From assembly GCF_001194135.2 (NCBI RefSeq), contig NC_068985.1, positions 17,233,461-17,297,460 on the forward strand: a DNA stretch of 64,000 bases, written 5' to 3'. Both the position numbers and the translations under genes were made by a program. The DNA comes from Octopus bimaculoides. Taxonomy: Eukaryota. This document shows, one piece after another, positions 53,421 to 64,000 of the stretch (the first letter of the stretch is position 1; every line of letters starts with the position of its first letter). The notes below the pieces were generated by a model. The model saw only the letters and a list, made by a program, of their open reading frames with translations. It did not search any database and was not told where the DNA came from.

Positions 53421-54589
53421 AATATACTGAGAATGTCGTATTGAAACCTCATCATGTTGCTACCAGGACAGAAGAGTAAATATCAAATCAATGATGATGA
53501 GATTTAAACAATGTAATAAACTTGCTGATATCTTGTCATCATTTAAGCTTCTTCTTTTTCAACACTGGCATATTTAGACTTTGGATCATACTTGAGCTTG
53601 ATCAAGACTGAATATTTTCCAACCCTGAAGAGGAAGTACAACCTTTTGTAATCTTTCTCAATCATCTTAAGTAAAATCCAATATTTTCATACTTATTTTT
53701 ACTATTTCTTGATTTTCCTTTCATCATAGCTATCTCCCATTATCAGCCACATCACACATCCATAGTACAGCTGCTTTGTCTGTATACATTGACTCATACC
53801 TTTGATATGCAGCTCAATTTATCTCAACTTTCAGACAAAGTGACACAGCTGATCAATATAAAATTCTTTCCCCAACAACCTAAACTGTTAATACTTAGAT
53901 TTCACTACTCTTTAACTGTTCGGGTCTTAAAGACACTTCAGTCTTGTTCACTTGTGACCTGAATTATAGTGTGACCCAAATTATATTACTGTTCATATAC
54001 TTGAGATGGTACTTTTGATACACATTTAAACAAAGACCAACTTACTGATTGACAAAAACTCAATCACTAGCACAACACAGATGTGCTCTTATTTTTTTCC
54101 TTTCTCCTTCTTTTCTTCAATAGCTTCTGCTTTTCTCTGAATTACCAAGCTTTATACAACTCCTTTATATTACCCACCTCTCAAACCAAAACAATGAAAC
54201 TACCTCTTTTCCTCTCATCATCCTTATTGTATATCACACATCCAAACCCTACATTAAACAGTTTGCTCAATACAGCTCTCTAGGACTTTCTGTCCCTACA
54301 GGCATTAACCCCTACAGAAATTAATACTGAATATCAACTCCACTGACTTCACCAACAGTCTAGACAATAAAAAGAGGTTTGAAGGAGAATTGGCTGCCCT
54401 TTCTAGTTAGTTGAGTCCCTATGGAGTGGCTCAGAAACTCTTTGTTGCTAATAGAAGTAATAAATCACAGAGCTTTTAACTATCCATATTCTAATACTAA
54501 TACTCTGAGTAAAATTAATTCCTGTAGTAATTGTCTAGGTAGTTGTAGTAGTAGTAGTATTTCGCTACCTGTTATGGTTCTTAGTCATC

Positions 54590-55553
54590 TCTTTGTGAGA
54601 GGTTAAACCTCTTGAGATCAGCCTTCACCACTTTGCCCCATGTCTCCTTAGTCAATCACTTCCACAGGTCCGATGTGCTTGCAGCACTCAGTATTTCTTT
54701 CTATAACTGACACCATTCACACCCATAGCATAGTCTTCTACCTTGCACACTATATACAATTCCTCTAAAATTCTTCTAATAAGCAGTTTCTCTCTTAGCT
54801 CAAATGAACTGCATTGTATGTACACACTATATCATTACATATTTAGTAGAGAGTGCTCACCTCATTTCTTTCCAACCTTCACAAATTTTCAGCACTCAAG
54901 ACTGCCATCTTGCTACCATGCTACAACATACTTCATACACAAGCATCATTAAATCTACCCTTCACGTGGAAAAAGAAACCTGTTGCTGCCAGCAGAGATA
55001 ATGACTCCCTGAATTTCTTGCATCTCACACTTATTCTAACAACTATGCTTTTGGAACACCCCACTCCACTGTTAATTAGGCCATCTTGGTAGCAAAAATT
55101 GTAAAGTAATTCTAGGAAGCTTTCATAGCATTTGAAGGAATTTATTTCATATCTACTCTTACTGTTAGCAACAGGTATACCTGCAGCACCTACCTGCCAA
55201 CTTACCTATGAGCCAACTACATCTCTTGTATGTACATAGTTTACAATAGACATACCTACCATTGGAATTGCTACCAAGTCCTTTCCTACATCTTAAGCAG
55301 GGCTGGATTAAGAGCCATACAGGCCCTATACACTTAAAAGATTTTGGTACCCTCATATATGAGTAACTCAAAATATAAACAATAATAAATCATAAAATAA
55401 GGGTTTATTTTTTAAAGTAGCTTGCTTACCAACCACATGGTTCTAGGTTCAGTCCCATTACATGGCACCTTGGGCAAGTGTCTTCTACTATAGCCTGGGG
55501 CTGACCAAAGCCTTGTAAATGGATTTGGTAGACTGAAACTGAAAGAAGCCTGT

Positions 55554-55588
<35 letters not shown>

Positions 55589-56190
55589 GTATATGTCTGT
55601 GTTTGTTCCCCCACCATAGCTTGACAACTGATGTTGGTGTGTTTACGTACCCATGACTTATTATTATTTTAGCAAGTTTAAGGTGATTTCTTTTGTGCCG
55701 CAAACCATCTACCATTTCTTCCCTTAAGCATGTGCTTATTCTGTTTGATAGTTAATCCAGTGCTGATTTCAAGTATGGCTACTTTCACAATGTCAGAGGC
55801 CCAGTATTACTTTCTTGCTAACCTTAGTCATCGCAAGGTTTACTTTGAATAAAGTAAATCAAAGTTTTGCTTTCAAGTCTGGAATTTCTTCTTTAAACCT
55901 TTGACTGGTTCAACTATGAGAACTATGTCATTAGCATACTATGGCCTGGGAGACTAGAGAAACAGAAGGAGACTGATACCAGAGCTCTGAGTTACACCAA
56001 TCTGCAACTCTACATTCCTTGCTGTACTTGTTAACATTCACTTATCTGACAGCAACTCTATCAATGCTTTGCACACCTCTCACAAGTCATTCATTTAGTC
56101 CTAGTTTTCTTAATAACTACCAAACTACAGAGTGTGGAACCCTGTCAAAGCCTTCTCCAGGATGGCAAAAGCTAAGTGGAGTGACTTAAT
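54590..56190 (-). pseudogene. Degenerate RTE-clade LINE ORF (RT plus Cys/His finger), interrupted by insertions
   Basis: HLAFAILEKA(FDR), YAND, PCLRCRKGLGSNS..CKLCTYKRCS, KKFRESLSLL..VKGRFNDACV..LERNE. Confidence 0.7.
55415..55660 (+). mobile_element. SINE S3 inserted in the RTE remnant
   Basis: Homology to other S3 copies. Confidence 0.75.
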
Positions 56191-57741
56191 CAGAATAAGT
56201 AATTTTTTGTAAGTAGTTTCACTGAGAACAGAGAATTAGCCTTGATGAGTTGCAGTACAGAGTTATTCATACTGTCCTGGCATAAATCTGAACTGCATCT
56301 CATCTAGGCTAATTCTCCTCCAAATCATTTGTTCTATAACACTTACAGTAATTTTCATAACCTTTCATTTTTATCAATTATAATCATGTAATTCTAAAAC
56401 AAATAATATTAATTTCAGATTACAAATTGCCTGATATTTTAAATTATATAACAATAAAGTGATTAAACCAATAGCTTTAGGTCTCAAGTGTAATACAAGT
56501 GTATCATAAACTAGAGGAAATTTCAGCACAAGTAGCATAGAACAAGTAATAACAGTAGAAAAAATAAATAAATAAAGGAAGGGTTAAAGGAAAAGCATGT
56601 TGCATAACTGATTTGTTTAAGCTAATGTTTTATACACTGTTAAAGCTTGCCCTGAATTTCTTTTGTTCCACTGTTTTGAATATAAAATGAGACAAGTAAA
56701 CAAATTGTATATGAATATCGAACATTGGGAAGATTGAAAATGGGAATAACACAAAGAAATGATGTAAAATAAAATATATTATAAAAAGAAGAAAGATTAG
56801 ACGTAACTGGGATTGCAATAGAAATAGAAAATGCAAGATCAGATCTTGACAACAGTTAGAATATTCTTTTAAGTGGTTTACTAATAAGTTAATAACCAGT
56901 AGGTTACTAGATTTTCCTGATCCACTGATACAAAGCAAAACTCATGAGTTTATTGTAAAGTAAAGGTTGCTCATGATCTGATTACTCCAGCCTTAAAAGA
57001 TGAATTAGTCCTCAATGTATCCCTTCTATCACCCTCAACCAGTACAACTAGTTCTTATCTTCTCCAAACTCAGTCAATTTCTCTCTCTCTCAATCTACTA
57101 TATGAAAACACACTACATGACTATATGAAAACACACTACAGTGTGTCCCAAACCATGAAAAGGTAGCTTCTTTTTATATTTTTTTCTAATTTTTTATCTG
57201 TATGTTCTACTTCACACAACTGAATATTCTTCCAACTCATATAAGCATTAAAAACACGAATATAGTTTTAATGTGAGTAAGAGAGACAGTCTTCCATGTA
57301 GAAACCACCATAGCCATATGCAGTAATACTCTCAGAACCCAACAAATCCATAGAAATGGATTGTTCTTCAGTAGCCAATACCAGGAACATTTGCGATCTT
57401 CATATCTCTGCTTTTGCCAATAAGTGTTTGTGGTCAGTACAACATCAAGATCAAGAACTATGTGTATTCCATCCCAGGCAGTTTCAGTAGCAAATTTAAA
57501 GATGGAACCAACTACCCACTAAGAGTAAGGCAAATGAACACTGAGAAGCCATAATCAATGGAAAGACAAAAAAATCAGGCCATGACTAGTGATTTGTAGA
57601 AGGGAAAAGGTTACCACCATCCACTGAGGAACAAAATCAAGATGACAGAAAGGAAATAACAAAGGAAGATAAGACATAAATGAATCAAACAAATATGTTG
57701 GGCTTTGATAACCTCCACAGTAGACTTAACATAGAGATGAA

Positions 57742-58330
57742 GGATCTTTTTTAAAACGGGGGCCACATTTTTCATTAACGAAACACTTTGAAACTTGGAA
57801 CACTGGTAGAATGTGTCATATAAAACATCTTTTTCTCTTAGTCTTCTTAAAAAAAAAGAAATCCATAAATTATTCCATGTTAAAGTTGTCGTATTTCTGT
57901 AATTTCAACCAATCACTGACGTCCATTCAGCCGATATACATTAAGCGCCGACTACATAAACAAACGATTCTGAAACAATTAACCCTAACCCTAACTCTAA
58001 CCCTAACCCTAACCCTACGGTTAGGGTTAGGGTTAGAGTTAGGGTTAGGGTTAGGGTTAAAGCAAATTTAAAATGAAAAAAGCAAATAAAACGAAGAATC
58101 GTTTGTTTATGTAGTCGGCACTTAATGTATATCGGCTGAATGGACGTCAGTGATTGGTTGAAATTATCGAAATAAGACAATTTTTTACATGAAATAAATT
58201 CGAATACAAAAATATTTTTCTGTTCTATAACACAAAATAGATAAGTATACGAAGTTTGAAAGTCTTTCGGTACCAAAAACACTACGTAAAACATTAATGA
58301 AAAATGTGGCCCCCGTTTTAAAAAAGATCC
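57742..58330. mobile_element. Merlin-like MITE (GG-starting TIR, 8-bp TSD) with an inverted telomeric-repeat core
   Basis: Perfect 37-bp TIRs (57742-57778 / 58294-58330) and TSD gagatgaa on both sides. Internal ~71-bp inverted repeat and (CCCTAA)6-(TTAGGG)6 centre. Superfamily assignment is inference. Confidence 0.85.
57979..58060. repeat. Inverted telomere-like repeat (CCCTAA)6-cgg-(TTAGGG)6
   Basis: Read directly. Each half has one TTAGAG variant unit. Confidence 0.95.
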
Positions 58331-59065
58331 GAGATGAACAAGCATAAAACAATTAAAATATTTGTTAAAACTTGTCCAACACATATAGTCTTTTTTCGTG
58401 CCCACAACCTTGTCATTCAAATCAGGAATTGGACAACAGACATATATATAATCTCACGCACTGGTACAGACATATGATACAAAAGGTATATAACAGCTAT
58501 TTAAAGAAGTGCTGAGGGAACTCATAGAAGAGGAAGACCAAAGAAGACACTAGATAAAGTGTTGAGGATTGATCTCAAGCATCATTTGAATGAGATGAAT
58601 GAGACCAGAGGTGACAGATTGGGGACACACAGTGCTGGAAAAAATTCGACCATGCAGACAAGCATAGTGAAATGGACATAAAAAGAGGAGTAGTAGTGGA
58701 CACTAGGATGTATAATGTCTTTCACCTATTTTGAGCCAGCTAAGTTTCCATCTGCTACCCCTCTTACCTGTTCTCTCATCTCTCTATCACTTACCTATTC
58801 TCCTATTCATTGTACCAGGTCACCTGCATAAAGAAAAATACCTTCCATTTGTCCATACCCATTCTCCCTCTTCCAACCATTAAATGTATCTCTCTACAGT
58901 GCTCTCTCTCCCATCATGATGCCTGAGTAACAAAGGATTATTGCATATCACCCCTCCCTCAATCCTCCTGCACCACTAGCCATCACTTCCCCTTCGGCAA
59001 GTCACACATTACTGACATCCATCACACTCTCATACCATCATTTTACGACTATCCATCATCCCCCC

Positions 59066-59112
<47 letters not shown>

Positions 59113-60812
59113 ACAAACATGTAGCTGCCTTTAATGTTTTCTCCCATTACTTTCTGTCATTACTTTCTCACATTTAACCCTGACATTACAGTTTCTCTTC
59201 CATTAAACTTCCTAGTTCTGTTTCCTCCCAACATACCTCTGCTTCTTCTTCCTTCTCACTCTAGTTGTCTTCTGCTATTGCCTTCTGTAATGCCCAAGCT
59301 GTTGGTCATATAACTCAGAATAAATGGATACATTATATATAAAACCATAGGGGGTACCCTTTTGTTATGCAGGAAACATATCTACTTCACCAGTGCTAGT
59401 ACCATATATAACCACAGAAACAGAGTGACAGATTAACATAACAAATACATGTGTAAATACACACAAACTAAGAAATACCTCCATACACACAAACACAGAC
59501 ATATACATTGCATATTAATGAACCCACACACGTATATTCACAAGTAAAAAATGTTCAAGTCCTAAACCTTAGAAACCCTCATACACATACACACACAAAA
59601 AACAAGTAAAATAGAGTTGGAGACAGCCAGAGGTGAGTTACATAAAAAAAAAACATCAACAGTTAGTATGAAATATAATTTCTTAAAAGAAACCAAATTA
59701 ATTGAGAGAAAGAACAGGAAACATGAGTAACAGATGATAGAAGACTTCAGGGAAGTTATAAAAGGGAAATACAGAAGTTTTACAGAATCAGAATTTAAAA
59801 GGAGAGAAAAAGAATACAGCGGAAATGGAAAATTCGTTGTAAAAAATAACAAAAAGGTTTAATGAGTCAAAATATTAAAAAAAAACAAAAAAAAAAAAAA
59901 ACAGTTGGAAGTTGGCAGTGAGATAACAGATCAAAAAATATCTTTAAAAAAATATTCCAAAGTAATGTTAAGATCCAATGCATTTCAATGGAACAGCTAA
60001 AAAAAAATGCGCAGCAAGCTTCAGCTAATCAGTGTTCAATATTTGTTTTGATTGATGCTTAATGTTTGCCTTTAAATATATTCTTAATGTTCTTTTTACT
60101 TCGTTTTCGCCTGAAGATCAAAAACATGAGATTCAAACTAACAATTTGTGAAGTTTCCAATAAAATCTGGTGTTTGTGTACATGTGTCTGACACTGCACC
60201 AGTATTTAAATAAGAGAGGCATTGAGTAAAAATGTTAACTTAGAGAAACAGTGTTCTAGTTGACCATAACCAAATCTAGTTTGTCTTGCTGTCTATTCCC
60301 TTCTCATATGTTAACAAAGCTTCTTAGTCACTTTTACATTTCTTTGTAAATTTGTTGCTATTTAGTTCCAGAGCCTTTATTCTGTTGACCCCCTGTAGAC
60401 TCCATTCTGAAGCTTTTGACAGATTTTAATAATCATCATATACAAAGAAATTCCTAAAGAGAACTGATCCTAAACTCATAACATAAAATAATATGAATTG
60501 AGAACTACGAAATATTTTGTGCCACACTCTAACCACTCTAATAACAGTAATAATTATTAACAATATTAATTACTATTAAATCCATAATATGGCTTCATGC
60601 CAATATTATCATCACCATTACCATCATCACAATTGTTTCAACATTTATTGATTTATCTAATCAGTTTAAACAGTTGTGTAAGGCTTGTATGTCAATGCAG
60701 ACTAAGAAAGGTATATAATACTCTTTTTATAAAGAATAAACAAAAATAAAAGCAAAAAATAAAAGAACAAATAAAAAGAAAGACAAGGAGTAGATCCAGA
60801 GTCGAGGGGAAA

Positions 60813-60855
60813 TGTCACTGATGAGGTTGTAAATGGCAACAAAAGGACTTTGACA
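60813..60855 (+). ncRNA. Decayed hammerhead motif (family H2) in a diverged repeat at ~60790-61010
   Basis: UGUCA-CUGAUGA-G-GUUG(uaaaugg)CAAC-AAAA-GGACUU-UGACA. Stems I and II intact, G12>A. Confidence 0.5.
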
Positions 60856-63372
60856 GACCTAACTCACTGAAGGATTCACGGGACAATTAATCAAAGAATT
60901 GATTAGTTAATTGGTTAAATAGTTAACCAATTGATAAATAAATAATAAAGAAGGGGAACAAAATTAACGCATGAGTTTATTAATGGCATAATGACCTCCC
61001 AAGATACAACAAATAAAAAAGAGGAAAAAGAAATATAGATAAAGAACAGTTAAAGGTTGCCATTATTAAACCTTTAAAAATGGTTTAATAATGGAAGATC
61101 TTGTGTTGATGGATCATTGAAAATCAACTGCACATCTAGCACTGATAGCCTTGTCAAAACTATTTCCAAAATTTTATCTAAGATGTAATTTTTGCATTAG
61201 AACAAATAATGGCATATGGTTTCTGAATAGTCTTCACAAAAACATAAAAGTAATTTCATATGACCTCTTCATGATAGGACATAGTTCAAAGGAATGTGGT
61301 TTGTTCAGTATCTGATATATTTCATCTCTTATCTTTTAATTATTTCAGGCACTGGACAGTGGAGAATTAAGTTACTTGGATGCAAACAAACCAGCTATGG
61401 TTGTCAGCAGCGGTAGAAGAAGAAAAACATAAACACACATACACAGCTTACATCTACCAAATTTACTCAAGGCAATTAGTCAGCCCAGAACTCTAGAAAA
61501 AGACACTTACACAAGGTGCCATACAGTAGGACTTACATTGCAACCAATTTACCCTGTTACACTTTAATTTGCATCTTAATAATGGTTAACATAGGATTAG
61601 CTGAAAATATTCATAAAGAACATTATAATCAAAGCTTTAGTGTTTGTTTTACCTGAAATATATTATAAGACATTAAAAGAAAATCTCAGATTCAAGAAGG
61701 GATTTACTTTTGAAAGTGGAAGGAGACTAAAATATGTTGTCTAATTTGTTTAAGCTATCTACAAACATGTGCAATACTAGGCACTTGTCTCTAGTCATCT
61801 AGCCATAACAGTCATGCCTCAATCTATCAAATTCTGAAGTATTTAATCCTACTGTAATGCATTCAAAAATGTGTTCTACTTCTTAATGTTATTCTGATTA
61901 TGGTGAAGGTGAATCACACCTCAAGCTTAGCAAAGCAGATAAGCCATCACTAATGAAACGAGAGTGTTTTTGTGATGCATATCTTCAACAAGTTATGACA
62001 AGTACCAATTTTCATTTCAATGGCAGCAAATCATTTCAAATGCAATGGTTAATTACTATTCAAAATGAATTAATTACTTAGGTCAAATCAATATTAATAT
62101 CTGAATTTAAAATGTTATTAATTGAATAAATATTTCTATTTTGTCCCTCATATTTCATTTCCACATCAACATCATTTTACATCTGCTTTTTGATGCTGGC
62201 ATGGGTTGGACAGGTTTTCTGAGGCAATATTTTACAGTTAGATGTCCTTCCTGTTATCAACTCCTTTAACCAATTACAGTATTTAAAAGTCTAATACTTC
62301 ATAGAAACATGATTAATAATGCTTAACTAGCTATATGTTGCCTATAGCTGAAATGCTATTAAAGTTACTAGGACAATGAAAAGTTTTAAATTAGAAACCA
62401 CAGTCTCATGTAAATGATAATAGATATTGGAAATATCAAATTTGAGCCAGATAAGTGATAGAGCTACAAACATACTGACAAGATTCTTGATTGCAAATGA
62501 CTATGTTTACTGAACAGTAGAACACCTGCCATTCTCAAATTAGGAACTATAAATTATTTCAGTTATTAAATACATATAGGATAGGTTATTCTACTAATGT
62601 TCAACACAGTGTGGTGTCTTACCTCTGATCAATGTTTGCATTGAAATAATCTCATAATTCCTAATAAAGTTTAATATAATTTCCATCAAAATCTCATTGG
62701 TTAATTTATTATAGTAGAGTGTAATATTTAGTTTAAAGTCTAAAACTAGTTGATATTAATAAATTGAAAATGAAAGTGAAATAGTGAAAATAACTTACCT
62801 ATCACTGTCATTTTAACATTTATAACTAACACGTTCACAACATGGCTGTATTTTAAAGATCATTTATTACTAGAATTGTAGGTATTGATTTAGCTGTTCG
62901 TATCATCTTTTGTACTTATAACTATGCTTCATTTAACTACAATTTCATTTTATTGAAATCACAAAACTTTATTGTAAATCGGAATATTAATTTGAAATAC
63001 ATAAAAGGTTAAATTAATTGATATATTAGCTGCAGAACATTTAAACTGCTAGCAATAGTCTATATAAAAGCTGTTGAATTGCAAAACTGAATAATCCACA
63101 CCACTAAGTAGTTATATCATAGAGCAATGGAAAATACTTAGCAGCTTATATCACCAGCTACAAGTTCTGTAACACAGTGAACTTAGAGAAAGAAAATGTC
63201 AATACAGAGAATCAATTATCAACACTGACTAACACTATCAATGCTGAGACTATGTAAACCAAGTAATGCTACAGCCACATCTAAACAGAAATTTGTGTCA
63301 TTGTAATATAGCTGTTTACATAGGAGATCTTAACATACTTTCACTCAGCAGTGTCAAAATACAGGCATTGTG

Positions 63373-63410
<38 letters not shown>

Positions 63411-64000
63411 TGCGCAATATTATCCATTCATTATTCATGAAAAACAGAGACTAAAACTATCGCATGCCCCCAAAAATGTTAGGATTTATACTCTCAGGTG
63501 ATCTCATGGTGACTGCTTACAATTATGATTACATCATAACATACAGGTTTGTTTCTCTAGTCAGAAAATATTTCAGTACAGAACTGATTGCTTTTGTGTT
63601 GTGTCAGTCTAAGCTTTTTCTATCCTTAACTATAACAATAATCTTTCTCTTCTCTGAACTTACTAGCAATATGCTACTATCAACAAAAGTATTTCATTCG
63701 CTTCATTACCAACTTTATACAAAAATAACCACAATAAAGAATGACTTTCTATTTATTATATCTAGTTGTGGACTGTAGATGCTATGCACTATAAATTAAC
63801 TGATGAGAATCCAATGGAAATTACATAAGACATTAATTAGACTTCATGAGACTCTAACCCTTATCAGACTATAATAAATACACTCCCTATCCCTCCTCTG
63901 AAGTTGTATTCATATATTCGACAACTGGCTTTTAAAAGTTTTAACTCAAAATTACTCACATTAAACTTATCCAACATTCTTATCTCCCAGTATAGGAAAG

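Noticed and set aside
57979-58060. Telomere-telomere fusion scar
   Set aside because: Orientation is CCCTAA then TTAGGG, opposite to an end-to-end fusion, and it sits inside a TIR/TSD-bounded element.
63794-63838. AATTAA-CTGATGAG...TTAATT hammerhead-like segment
   Set aside because: Stem I and the first half-core are present, but there is no correctly placed GAAA or stem III.

Overview
AT-rich, microsatellite- and repeat-dense animal genomic DNA with 7 assembly gaps. The SINE/RTE repertoire and gene structure suggest an octopus or other cephalopod (inference). The only confidently identified host gene is a minus-strand MARCH1/8-type RING-CH E3 ubiquitin ligase, with two coding exons (27060-27335 and 16583-16957) joined by a ~10.1 kb phase-0 intron. 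Its N-terminal exon(s) were not identified. The rest is transposon debris: at least four tRNA-headed SINE families, RTE and CR1 LINE remnants, and Chapaev3-like, mariner, Tc2/pogo-like, hAT-Charlie, Merlin-like and Helitron remnants, often nested. The most notable unexplained structure is a set of minimal type-I hammerhead ribozyme (HHR) motifs from several unrelated repeat families. One is a ~400 bp fold-back element (copies at 4070-4490 and 47485-47881) that joins a tRNA-Arg-like Pol III head, an (AAT)n tract and an HHR. It has 12-bp TSDs and a ~30-nt unpaired 3' tail, so it looks like a SINE mobilised by Penelope-type machinery. A 589-bp MITE with perfect 37-bp TIRs, an 8-bp TSD and an inverted (CCCTAA)6/(TTAGGG)6 telomeric core is also present. 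Interspersed-repeat boundaries were judged by eye and are approximate unless a TSD is given.
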